A stretch of DNA of 64,000 bases, from assembly GCF_009834535.1 (NCBI RefSeq), contig NC_045697.1, positions 68,884,001 to 68,948,000 on the forward strand. Reading direction: 5' to 3'. The notes beneath the pieces are model-generated. The model was not told where the DNA came from. It ran no database searches and saw only the letters and a program-made list of their open reading frames with translations. The stretch comes from Camelus ferus (lineage: Eukaryota). Position 1 is the first letter of the stretch; each line of letters begins with the position of its first letter. Shown here piece by piece: positions 12,201 through 25,124 of this stretch. The translations under genes and the position numbers were made by a program.

Positions 12201-15200
12201 CCATCTAGTTTCCTTTCTTTTCCTCAAAAATATAAAGTCTCTCCCTCCTCAGGGGTCTGATACTAAATGATCCTTCTGTCTGGTTCAAACTTCCTCGGCC
12301 TCTTCTCACCATCGGCTTCTTCTCATTCCTTAGATCCTAACTCAAACGTCATTTCATCAGAGAAACATTCTGGGAGATTTAACTCACACCCAATCTCCGT
12401 CACTCTTCTCTTTCACAGTACTCTATTCTCTTACTGACTCACAACATCAACAACAACAAAAAGATCACATCATGTAACTTTTTTGACTTAAGGCCTTTAT
12501 TACTTTTGCACTAAAGTATTACTTCCATGAGAGCTAAAATCTACATCTTGTCTTGTCCACCTCTGTGTTCATACCACCTAGAATTACTCATGATAGACCC
12601 TTAATAAGTATATATTGAATGTCTGAATTAATGAATAAGCAAATGAACTAGTGAACAAGTGTTTGAAATTAAACTAATTAGAAAGCAAAGAGGGTTAACA
12701 CTGAGTAAAATTTAGTGTAAATTACAGGATAGTCCAACTCAGTTTTCAATATGCACTTATATTAACATTGTCTGAGAGCTTTAAAAAATATGGATACTTG
12801 GGACCCACCTCACAACAGTTAATTTATAACATCTAGGGGTGGGGTCTTGGCATCAGCATTTGTTAATACTCTCTAGCTGATTCTAAGAAGCTTTTTAAGC
12901 CAGGGCCAAGAAACACTGGCCTAACCAGCTGGCATATAATTTTGGATCTACCAGCAAATAGAGAATCTAGTTGTAATAATAATCCAATAATACAATTCTG
13001 AAGAGGAAAGGGGCAACTTTATGATAAAGCTTGAAGTAATAATAGTTTCTAATAAATAACTCTTTGAACAAAATAAATTCACACTGGTATGTTTCTTCCA
13101 AGAATACTGACAACAGAACAGGTATTTTACAATGATGTTAAAAATAAGCTTCATCCTGAAGGGAATTTGTGCAATTTAGGCTTCAAGGAAAATCCAGATA
13201 GTCGTGATAGAAACAGGAACAAGAAACGAAAGAGGATAAACAGCTATCCTGGGAATATAACAAATGTGTCCTTTTTGTACATCTCTCTCAATCCACTAAA
13301 TTAAGAATCAGCTCCAAGTTTACTTCCTTCAAAAACTTTCTCTGACTTATTTCCTCACTTGAGTTGTGTATTAAGGTACTTTTATGCTATTTGTCTGGAA
13401 TTAGAGGAAATAAAAAAGTTATAATAATTAACTGGGTTTGGGTAATTAAACCCAAGTACTAATTAGAAATCCAAGTGGAGATATCAGATAGGTAGTTGGA
13501 CATATGTCTGAGGTCAGGGGAAAGGATGGGATGTATACATAAATGATCTGTCTCCTTGAACTACAGAGCAACTTCTGCTCCTCAATGGTGTAATGACAGC
13601 AGTACAGCTTTAAAATCTCACTTAAGATTTCAGTTCAATGGTAACAGGTAACTCTAAGTGTTTATATTCCCAAAGGTCATTAATGGTGGGCCATACACCT
13701 ACACATTACAGATTAAATACTAAAATCCATTTTCAATACATGGGTATCACTGTGTTTTTAAAAGTAACAAACATCAGACAGAATCAGTGTGTTACAAATT
13801 TTAAAACTTCTAGTGCATATATAAACCCCAAATTTTTCTATACAATCTTATGCTAAATTTGAAATTTAAGTGTGAAGATATTAAATGTAATAAGCAAATT
13901 TAAATGAGCAAGTTGAAGACAAATTTTAACATTTACAATAATATATTTTCTAGGTTGCTTTGTGATTTTGAGTGTTTATTTTAATCAAAAGTAACATGAA
14001 ATTATAATTGCAAATCAATCCTAAGAATGTTCAAGCTTATATCAAAACTGTACTTTTAGAACAGATACTAAAAATAAAATTTTCAAAATTTCTAAGTTAT
14101 AAGATCTAGATCTAAACATGCAAAATAACTAATTCTTTGAAATGATTTACCTGAACTGGATAATTAAATAATACTTGAATACCAACAAACAAGAAAACCT
14201 CCATCTACAGAGCTGTTTTCAGAGTAATCTTTATCTGAGAGAAAATTCTTATCAAGTTAAGTTGATGCTCATCATATATTTCTAGAAATTACTTTTAAGG
14301 TAAACACAACTAATCTGAGGATTCTCTGAAGCTCAGTTAGAAGCACTGTAATGGTGGCTCACCACCATATAAAAAAGAATTAGCACATTGAACTAGCAAG
14401 AAAGTATAGATGAGATGGGATAAGTGACCAGGAAAATAAAGTGCTAGGTCAGGGAAGGATTTTGGAAATAGGGGAACAAATTGAGAAAATCTGAACACAT
14501 ATATAACACTGGCAAACAATTTTAATGACTTTTATATTTTTTTTTCATTTTTATCTTACCTGGCTAAGAAAAACTCAAAACATAACAGTGAAAAATTAAA
14601 ACAATATACATGGTAGCATTTTATATAAATACAATAAATTTAATATTTAAAAAGTATATTCATATTCATGTAAAGATACATCTTACAAGCTGTATTGATA
14701 CAGAGGCTAGAAATACTCTAGCCTCAAGCAGCCTTGGGCCTCAGAAATTCTAGGCACAAAAACACTAAAACAGACTATGAAAGGTATAATGTGAAAGATA
14801 CACCCAGTCTCTAAACTTTTATGTAAACAATGTCAAGTGTTTCTTTTAGACTATATATCAGTTTGTCAAAGATTCCATCTCTTTTTTAGACTAATTAAAT
14901 ATTTCAAAATTATGTACATCTGTTCTTCCTTTGAGGCAGGTACTGCTCAGAGGAAAAGAGCAGACTTCAATTTGTATTTTCTTTTTTGGTTAGTTTTTTT
15001 TTTTAATTGATTTTAAAAAGTTTAATTGATTTATATTCTTTCTTAAATGTAAAAGTATATGCTGAGAACCAACTGTGTACTTAGCATTGATACCAAACCA
15101 TGAAGGGCAACAATGAAGATAGAATTTTCAACTTTAGGGTATAAACCATCTCTCTAAGGCTAAGATATGCATATATAAAGACATTAAAAACCAACCATAC

Positions 15201-16293
15201 AGCAATGTTCTTAAATAAATGTCCAACAGAGTGATTCAAAGTGAAATAAAGATGTTTTAAAAGATATTCTTGAGTAATGATATTCCAAAAGACTGAGGAA
15301 AAATACTCAACTCTTATTTAATGCCCACCTTTTCTGTGAAAAACTAACTTTGCTACTGAAAATTAAAATCCATATATTGATTCATAAAAATAGATTCTGA
15401 AAACTTAAAAATAATTGTTGGCGATAATCAGGATGTTCAAAATAAAGTCTGCAGCTCCTGATGTGTTCTATCTCATGAGATTAGAGAGCCAGCAGGTGAA
15501 ATAGTATGCATTGTTAGGAATATTTTTATGCATTAAGGAAAGGTCTACAGATATCACAAAGTGATGGGTCATTCCTTTCACATACACACAAAAAAACTTG
15601 ATCATATGCTCTATTTCCATAATGGAAGCAAGCCTGAAATCACTAACAAAGAGTTAGAAAAAAAGCCAACTCCGTGGAAATTAAACAATACTTTTCTAAA
15701 TAGGCCAAAATGTGAGTTAAAGAATGTTTTAACTAAGTGAAAACAAACAAACAAAAAAACATAAAATGTGTAGAACAAAGCAGTGTATAAAGGAAATGTA
15801 TTGCCTTAAAAATACATATACTCAAAAAGAAGGAAAGCTGAAAATTATTGATTTAGATTCCATTTCAAAAACCAGAAAAAGAACAAATCAAACTTAAGGG
15901 GAAGTGCAAAGGAAGAAATTATAATCAATGAAATAGAAAATAAACACATAATAGAAAAAAATCAACAAAGTCAAAGGTTTCCTTTTTTAAAAAAGATAAA
16001 TATTGATAAACACCTAGTAAGACTGATTACAGAAAAAAAGGAAGGAAAGAAAAGAGAGAAGGAAACAAATTACCAATATCAGGGGGTAATAAAAGGGCAT
16101 CGCTATAGAGCTTAGAAACCAAAAAAAAAATAAAAAGGAAATACAATTAACTTTAAGAAAATCTACTTGACAATTTGCAAGAAATGGATATATTTCTCAC
16201 AAAGTTGAATTAATAAAAGTAGAAAAAAGAAATACAAAATATAAATGGTCCAATATCTACTAAGGTATTTAAAATGCAGGTTTTATTATTATT

Positions 16294-16800
16294 TAAGTAT
16301 GCGAAGCCAGCAGGTCAGTAGATGACCGCCACTGAAAAGAGAGTTTATTATACTCACCCGTCCTAAAAGGAGGAAGCATGCCACGGCATCGGAAGCCACA
16401 CCGGGAAGCAACCGGCTGGTCAGGATGCAGAAGTGAGGCAAAAACACGGGTGAGAGCCTTTACTGTAGTTTCCACAGGAAGGAACAGGTGAGGCAGGGCA
16501 TACAGGCTTAAAATTGGCTAGTTTGAAAAACTTCAGCAGGGTCCTGGGCTAGGGGGCTAACCTTAGCTGCCTGGTACCTGGCCTGGGGTGATCAGAGCAG
16601 AAGAACGGTGGCTCCAAGTGAGAGTGTCCCAGAGAAGAGGTGGTTGGTGGTGTGAGCTCTGGATTGGCTTATCTGCATAGAAAAGGCACGTTGGCAAAAG
16701 AGCGATTGGCTATTTCTATTAACTGGCTAAGCCTGAAAGGGGGGGTCTATCCAGAGTCAACAAGGTCCAATACCAAGCCTCAGAAACAAGTGAAGAATAC
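16294..16800 (-). mobile_element. ERVL-class solo LTR (MER76-like)
   Basis: Resembles the recalled consensus (gccactgaaaagagagtttatt...agagcctttactgtagtttcc...attggctagtttgaa...ctctggattgg). It interrupts an L1 fragment. Confidence 0.65.
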
Positions 16801-16951
16801 GTGAGGGAATTGAATCTTCTTAAAAAATCTTCCCACAAACAACAGGTCCAGAAGGCTTCAAACAGTGAATTCTTACAAACATTTCAAAAGAATACCTCAA
16901 TCTTGAAAAAAAAATTATTTGAAGGAACTGGGGAATTAAGAACCCTTACTC

Positions 16952-17287
16952 TGTCATTAGCCTTAAGTGAGTACGCCGTCGGGCCAAGGCCGAAGTTCAC
17001 AACAGCTCGCACCTGGTAAGAGATAAATGTACGCATGCGCCAGGAGCATGAGTCAGCATTATGAACAATACGCATGCGCCAGTAGTGTGACTCAGCACTA
17101 TGAACACTACGCATGCGCCACTAGCATTATAAAAGGACAAGTGCCTACACCTGAATGCCGCCAGCTACGTGGGCCACCTGTTTATACTACAATAAAGTGC
17201 TGTTTTGCTCCATGTTGGCTCCTTGCGCCTTTTTCCAGTTAGGCAGCTCACCTCCTCAGATCCCTCTCCAGCCTCCCGCGGCTGACA
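16952..17287 (+). mobile_element. Young solo ERV LTR (336 bp) with an internal 39-bp tandem repeat
   Basis: Inverted termini TGTCA...TGACA, TATAAAA at 17128-17134 and AATAAA at 17191-17196. The flanks share cttact (16945-16950 and 17288-17293, one base off on the left). It retains many CpGs and interrupts an old L1 ORF2 fragment. Confidence 0.82.
17030..17134 (+). promoter_or_regulatory. LTR U3 array: three TACGCATGCGCCA (NRF1-like) alternating with two RTGASTCAGCA (ARE/NF-E2/AP-1), followed by a TATA box
   Basis: NRF1-like motifs start at 17030, 17069 and 17108 (period 39). ATGAGTCAGCA is at 17048-17058 and GTGACTCAGCA at 17087-17097. Function is inferred from motifs only. Confidence 0.55.
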
Positions 17288-17369
17288 CTTACTTTTAAGA
17301 ACCCATTATAACATTGACTGCAAAACCTAAAAAGGTCATGACAAGAATGGACCTCATTTGTCTTCCCTG

Positions 17370-18570
17370 CCAATAATTCTTTTGCCAACACTGCCTTCCT
17401 TGGACTTAAAGAATGGCTTATTTACTGTTACAGTATTCTAGGCAACATTATTTCTGGTCAAGGAACTCATTTAATAGCTAAAGAAATGTAGCAATGAGCT
17501 TCTGCTCATAGAATGCATGAGGTCTAATAGACTCTCACCACTTAAAAGCAGCTGACCTAAATGAACAACAGAAGGGCCTCCTGAAAACTCAATTATGGTG
17601 CCAATTGAGAGACAAGACCTTGAGAGGAGAGTGTCCAAGCACACATGTGGCAATACCTCTTCTCATTATTTTACCTAACAACACACTCAACAAAGTTTTT
17701 GCCTCTTATCTGCATAACTTTGAGCTCTATTTATTTATAAGACTTGATTCCCAAAGCAGGAAAGCTTCCACTTAGAGACATGACTCTGGTTCTGCAGAAT
17801 TGAAAGTTAAGATGGGCAACTAGCACTTTGGGGTCCCTATGCCACTGAAACAAAGTAGAGCTTACTCTATTGACTGGGTGATTTGTCACAATTAACAAGT
17901 AGAATCTGAGATGCTGCTACACAGAGAGGACAGGAAGAACTCAGAATATTCTCTGAGATTCCTCTTAATGCTTCTACCTCCAATATTAAGAATTGATGGA
18001 AAATTGTTATCAATCGGGAAAAAAAAAAAAGGATCACTAAGGATTTGTATCCTTCAAAAGTGAAGGCTTGGTCATCTATCAGACAACAAACCCTGAACAG
18101 CTGACATTCTTATTGTGGGCCAAGGGAACAATGAGAGGGTGATAGCAGAAAGAAGTCAGAAATATCATCTGCAGCCTTGAACCAGTTAAGAATAAGGATT
18201 GTCAGTCATTCATATAAATTTCCTTGTATGTGCATGTGCGTGTGTGTGTGTATTGTTTTCATTTTCCCTCTCCACCTCCTTTTCATTTTCTAAAAGGCTT
18301 ATTAAAATTAAAAATGTATGATTTAGCATTTAGGTAACAATTATACCTTAACAATTACAACAGTATTTAGATAACAAAGTATTTAGATGGGCTATGACTA
18401 AATTTGCCCAGAGATGAAGACAATCACTGCTGAAAAACTTGTGTCACCTCATTTTGCACAATGAGAAAATTTTTGTTACACAAAAGACAGTTGTACTGTT
18501 TTAGGAAGAAACACAGAGTTGTTTGGAATATCATATGTAATTTCAAATATGAGTAGAAAGATGAATATGG
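17370..18570 (+). mobile_element. ERVL internal remnant (integrase/dUTPase region)
   Basis: Degenerate ERVL integrase-like sequence (tctggtcaaggaactcattt...gcagctgacctaaatgaac...ggcctcctgaaaactcaattatggtgccaa). Confidence 0.65.
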
Positions 18571-21500
18571 ATGCTAAGTAGTCAAATGTTGAAATGTACC
18601 AGATTTGTTCCAGCTCCAATCCTGGAAACCTGCAAAACCTACCAATAGGTGGTGCTTGCAGAGGGTCTTTACAAGGCTGGTAAATGAAGGAGTTTCTTCC
18701 ACTGGGTCTGCTTCATTCCAGAAGCAGCAGTTCCTTCCCATAGTAGCAACTAAATCCAGTTGCAAGTTTTCCAACATGCTTCTACTTTAGTTTTTTCTTG
18801 CGTTACTCTACCCTTTCAGACTTTATAATATGAGTACTTCTTTCCATTATCTCTCTTCTTTATATTCCTCCTCACATCTCTGGCCTTTTTCCTTTCCCCT
18901 CTTTTTCTCTCTATTTTTCTAGCAATGTAATTTTAACTTATAGGAACCTGTTTCAGTTTTCTATATTTGTTCCCTATGTACTTGTGATGATGATACTAAG
19001 ATAATGTTACTTAGTAGCTACATTTTAAATTTATGTGATGGAAAAATGCCCTTTCCCTTAGAAATCCGTAATAATACAATGGAACTATTGTTTGCCCCCA
19101 GAGATGCCAACAGAAAGACTATTAATACATACTTTTGTATATAATGATGACCAGACACTCAAGAGTTTAATATTCTGAATTGGTCAAAAGATGACTATGA
19201 TGCCCATGTCAGTGAGATCAGATTTCTATAATTAAAGTCAGAGTTGCAGTCTATAGCTTTCTTCATCAGTGGAGGTAATTTTAAAAAAAGATGAATTCTT
19301 AAACATTTAAATATACTAAAACAAGGTTTACTTCTCATGAATATGTGCATTCTAAGTAAGATAATTAGACATTTGAAGTCAATTTCTAAATGTCATGTTT
19401 CATTAGTCATGAATTTATTATATAGAGGTTTCAATAGTATTAATGCCTTCATTACACTATGTGCTGGGTTGCATATATATAGTCATGTTGGCATCAAAGA
19501 CTTAAATGATGGAGTTAAGGTCATGACTAATCTCCATACCACTTTTAACATATTTTTCTCTTTCAATTCTCATATAAGCTACCAAACAGTGACTGGTTGA
19601 TATAAAATGTAGGAATCAGTTGGAATGGATGCCACAAACAGTCTAAATCTCAGAGATTATGCAGAGTATGAGTCATTCTGCTGTTGTTTATTTTAAATGA
19701 ACGTGGTGTCTTCAAAGTTAGGACAGATTTCATTCTCAAAACATGTGAAAGTGCACAAATTTTTATCAGCCAAAGAATAAAGATAAAATCATTTGTTCAT
19801 GAAGTGATTATTTACTTCTGAGATTTCTGTAGGACAAGTAAAAATAATAAAAAACTAGGGAACTGCCTTCTCACAATCTGTGTAGTAGTGACAGGCAATT
19901 GTACCCAATCAAAAGGCAGGCTACTAGAATCCAATTTATCAGTGTCTCTTGCTCAGCAGTTGCCTTCACTGCTCTTTCTGTGCTTTGATGAAGTGGCATC
20001 CAGTGGCACTTGTTCTTGCTGTTTATCAAATGCATTTTCTGATCTCAGGAAATTAGACAATTAAATGAAAAACTTATATAGAGACATTAAAATGTAATGG
20101 AAGGACAGGAAGGATCTAAGTGCACTGTGACCAACTCACTCTTCAGTGTATCAGAAATCATTTGCCTAAAATCCTTTACTTGCATTGATGGGCCTGCAGT
20201 AAGAAAATTCACTTTAATGTGCCCTCCTCCATCAATGGTTAGGTGACTGACAGAAGATACCAACAAGCAAACTGACTAAACAATACAATGAACTCTAAAA
20301 ACTACCTAAAAGTCTAAGAACTTTCTATGACTGTCCCAGCAAGATGTTACAAGAAAAGAAAGATTGATTGAGGGTAACAGAGTATAGTTTTTAGTCAGAA
20401 GAACTTTGATTCTTATGAAATAGTTCAGCTGAAATCCATTTCTAATATAGTTTTACTATCTCCTGGATCCCAAGGGTCTGTGTTCCAGGCCCAAGGGATC
20501 TTCTTCTGAGCTCCTGAGACACTAGCACTGGCTAAGCTGTGCTACCTCTTCAGAAGTATAAATCCCATTAACAAAAGGTCTCTCCAAGCTTCCAAGTAAT
20601 AATAATTCCAACCTATTCCCTTTTTCCCCCAAGGTCTAAGGATGGTAGCATTGCTTGTTACTACTACTGTGATACTTCAGCGTTCTCTCTTTGCCTTTTT
20701 GAGTTCTCCAATATCCACAATTCCTTGTATTTATTTCAAAATAACTAGTGTGGTTCTGTCTCCTGACTAGACCCTGATTGACATTGGCCCTCTTTGCCTG
20801 AATAGAGCACAAAAACTCTTCTGTCTGCAGGAGCTACGCTGTATGAGGAAAGGAAGGTATTACTCTAGCACCCTCCCAGGCTTTCAGATATGAGTGCAAA
20901 TCACACTTCATCATCTCTGGGATTTCTCAGCCTGAGTCCCCACATATTTCCAACACTACTACTCAACCCCCAATCTTACCAGAGTTCACCTGCAATGTGG
21001 GCGAGCATGGAACAGGCCTCAAACTCAAATCTCAACTCCCTTGCTCTGCTGCCTTTCTCTGTCCTTTTCTTCTAGTCTAGGAAGGGCTTTCTCATTCAGT
21101 GTAGCAGGAAAATTCCATTATCCTGCCATTTTCCTATTCTCTTTTCCTATAGTAATACCCTTATATTTCTCCCATCCCCATGAGAAGAACATGCCCCAAC
21201 TATCCAACTGGTCCCAAGAGCCACATCTGTCAAGTGGTAGCATGAAGCATGGTTTCCCCAGCAAAATTGCAGCTTGAAGCAAGCTTCCGTAGCAGACCTG
21301 CAAACTTGCAAGTAAGTAATAAATGCTTTTTAGTATATGCCACTAAGATTTTGAGTTTATTATTCAGTAATAGCTAACTAATACAAAACTTGAACTTCTT
21401 AGCCTACCTCTAGTTCTAGAATATTCAAAGGAAAGTGAAAATTAGAAGACACTTTTCATTATTTTTAAAGCTCCATTATAGAGCCACAGCCCCCACAACT

Positions 21501-24500
21501 ATGGTCTCTGAAATAAGCTTCAAGAAATGTTTCCAAAGTCAAATATTGAACATTTTTCTTTCTGTCTCTTTTCATCCTGACCTAGCAACACCATGCGAGA
21601 CGGAGGGTGCCTGTGGGTGAAGAGGGTGAATATCACTTACAAGTAAGTGTAAAAATCAAAGACATTACCATATTTTTATACCTGCTCCTTATTAATATTA
21701 TGGAATGATGAAAAGAGACCATAGGTTTTGAAATGAGATTGACTTAGCTTTGAGCCATAACCTGCCATTCACAATTTTTATAGCTAAATAACTTATAGCT
21801 TACTATGGGTAACACAATGAAATAAGTGTTGTAAGCAATAATACACTTAGTTCTTACCATGGCCCTATCAGGTTATCCCTACTTAATTTATTATTCCTAT
21901 TTAACATTTGAAGAAACAGAGATGTTGCCTATGCTAATGTGTCTAGAAGGTGGAGCAGAGACTACAAAAGCATTTCTCTGATGCCAAAGCTTTTGCTCTT
22001 AAATTTTTACCTATTCTGCAGTGATATTCAAAATATTTAACAAGTCAAATGAATATAAATAAATATATAAATCATAATTTATTTTTTAAAAATCCCTTCT
22101 CAACTCTAAATATTATAAAAACTATTCATCAAGTGATAAGAGTTGTGGTGCAATTGTTTATCAAATAATTCTAATACATTTCAAGTCATTTGTTAATTTT
22201 TATAAAACATTGGTGTAATTTGGGGGATATTTTTTAATACCGGTTGTCATTCGCTAAATGATGCCCCTTTCTGAGCCATGATTCAATCTAAGCAAGCATA
22301 CCAAATTCTTTCAATGACTTTCCCACTAAATTTATAGCCATTAGTTTATTTTTGGCCTCTAAATAACTGGAGGAAAGTTATTAACTTCAGTATTGTTCAT
22401 GGGTTCATGATGCTGAATCCTCCATCAGTTTCTGTTAAGCAAGTTACATTTCCAAAAAAAAAAAAAGATGTATCCCTTATAATAATGTCTGAGATCCTTA
22501 CAGTCATATCTCTTTGTTCTAGATCACAAAAATCATTTATTATACTATCATATTTATTTCAGTTGAGCTAATTCTTAAAGCCAGAGAAAAGCAGTGCAAA
22601 AAAGACCCTTAAAAGAGTAGATTCTATTGATGGACTCCCTTGGTTTGAATTCTAACTGCCATTTAAAAACTTTAAACTCTGTGCCTCAGTTTCCTCATTT
22701 TTAAAGATGATCATAATTACAGTACTCAAATGAATTAATATACATGTGGAATTGTGCATGGCATAGAACAAGCACTATCTGAGCATTAGTTCTTATTATT
22801 AATAAAATTAATGTCATTAATATCTGTGACAGACAGGCATTTTGTGTTTTTTAACAATTCACCTCACTGAATGAAGGTGAAATGTAACAGTATCTCAGGG
22901 GTGATTCCCTTAACATACATTCACAACTAGAAAGTTCAACACCAGCCATCTTCCTTTAAAGCATTTGGTGTGTAAGGAAAGATTTGCTTGCATTTCACTC
23001 TTAACCTGCCTAGGTTACCCTCTGAAGTCTTAACTGTATTAAGAATCTTCTTTGAGACTACCCACTGTGAGAGTCTTAGGCTTTGTCTCATTCTCTGGAG
23101 GCATTTGAGACTATGAAAATTAAAACTCAAAGTCACCTGGTTGGCAGGCAAATGTCCTCAGGGTGAAAGTTGGCTTCAGTGCTCTACTTGCCATTCTAGG
23201 TCCCTCCTTAATTCAGCCTTTAGCCCGAGTACTCCTTTTTTCTTTCTAATTCTTGGAAGCATTCATATATGTGTTTTGTTTCTATTTTGTCTAGAAATTT
23301 GGTTGTTTGCAGAGAATGGGTCAGTCCATGTACCAGTATGTGATAATACCACTTCAAATGCATAAATATCAAAAATAAAAATCCAATCATATGCAAGAGT
23401 CTAAAATAAACAGTAAAATTGTCCTCGATCTCTCCCTGGTTCCATTCCCAGAAATAATTCATTTTAATAGTAACTGGGTTTTTTAGTTTGTTTGTTTTTT
23501 TGTTTGGTACCTACTATTATTACAAGCTTAGTATAAGGATCTATACTGTAATTTGTCAATTTTTTGACAACATCTGATAACTCTGCACTAGGAAATAAGA
23601 AATCTAGCATATTTTACTGCCTCCCACCTTTCACCTCTTGATTTTATTATTTTATTAATGACATTAAGGTTTCTAGTATTTATATTTTTATACTATAATT
23701 AAGTCCTCTGCAATGTGTACAGATTGCTTTCAAATCAATCATTATTAAAACAGAATTTAGAATATCATAATTATTCCCTATTGAACCAATTAGTGTAGCC
23801 AAACACAGAGACTTAAATAAAGCTCTGTCATCACCAAACCTGATTCTTGAAAAATGTCTCAAGCATGAACTAAAAATCCCTTCTTTGTTACTTTGTACTC
23901 ACTTTTCTCTACTTCATCCAGAAATGCTCAGTTTCTATTCTTCTCCAAGTTTATATCACCCTCTCGTTTGCTTTTTTTATTTTGCTGGAGCATCTTCACA
24001 TATGGGGTGTAAATTTCCAAGCTCTTGTGTGTCAAAAAATTATTTTCTTGATTCATTTAACTGAAAATTTGAGTAGAGGCAGAATTCTATATCTAAAATG
24101 ATTTCCCCTTAGAAATTTTTGAAAATGCTTTTCCACCATTTCCTCGCTCTTAATTGTTGTTAATGCTGCTGAGAAAGTGTTGATGTGATTATGTTTCTCA
24201 TCCCATTGTAGGTGACCCTGTTACTTTTCTCTGTGGAAGCTTCAAGGGCATTTGCTTTATTTCCAGCCTTCTGAAAATGCAAAAGAAGGTAAAAAGAATG
24301 TATGTCTTTTAAAGTTTACCCTACGAGGCATTTTGTTGAGATCTTCTAATTGAAGACATGTCTTTATTCTGCTCAAGACAACTTACTGCTTTTTACATCA
24401 ACGACTCCCAACTACTGTCTCAGCGTTCTGCTTCTGGAATGCCTAAAAAACAGGTGTTTGGCTGCGTCTAGCCTCCATTTATCATATTTTCAATCTCTCT

Positions 24501-24965
24501 GTCTTCTTATATTCAATTAATGCTTATGCTGTAGTTTAAAAAAATAATTATTTCATTGGGACCTTGTAAAAGGAAGGGAGATGTATATGCTCTCTCACGT
24601 GAAACCAATGTCCGGGTTTTTAAATATTTTTATGTAAAACTTATATGTAACATGTTGAAAATTAAACTATATGCCAACCTTCAAGACTGCAATATATCGA
24701 TAAATATAAAATTTAAAATATGTAGGAGGTAAATTTTCTAATACTTTGATTTGACATAAAAATTATAAAATTAATTCCATTATTTCATAAGTTTGAGATC
24801 AATATTGATCCAAGATCAGTAATTTGAATTTTTCATTAGACATATATAAGACACTTACATGTTTGAAGGGTATTTTTGTTTGTGAAAGGGATTCAAAAAC
24901 CAAAGTATTCTATGGAACTAAACTATTTTACTTCTTGCATAAGCAGAGTCCCACTCAATACTTTT

Positions 24966-25124
24966 TTTTAATGTTTGAAGGGGTTTTTTTAGTTTTTTGA
25001 AGGGGGAAGGGGTCATAATTAGGTTTATCTGTTTAATTTTTTTTAATGGAGGTACTGGGTATTGAACCCAGGACCTCATGTAAGCTAAGCACACACTCTT
25101 ATCACTTGAGCTATACCCTCCTCC
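24966..25124 (-). mobile_element. tRNA-derived SINE (camelid vic-1-like)
   Basis: Minus strand reads GGGAGGAGGGTATAGCTCAAGTG...GGTCCTGGGTTCAATACCCAGTACCTCC plus a tail containing ATAAACCTAATTA. An imperfect TSD is present: ccactcaatactttt (24951-24965) and caacccaatactttt (25125-25139). Confidence 0.88.

Larger units (their letters stand above)
15540..17350 (+). mobile_element. Old L1 ORF2 fragment interrupted by two LTRs
   Basis: L1 ORF2 motifs include tggaaattaaacaatac, aaaatcaacaaagtcaaa, attgataaacacctag and gaaatggatatatttctc. The L1 resumes at 16800-16950 and 17290-17350. Confidence 0.75.

Noticed and set aside
17027..17242. ORF with repeated YACA/QHYE motifs, or a CRISPR-like reading of the 39-bp repeat
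   Set aside because: The peptide repeat only reflects the in-frame 39-bp tandem repeat of the LTR. The intervening segments are similar to each other rather than unique spacers, and the DNA is mammalian.
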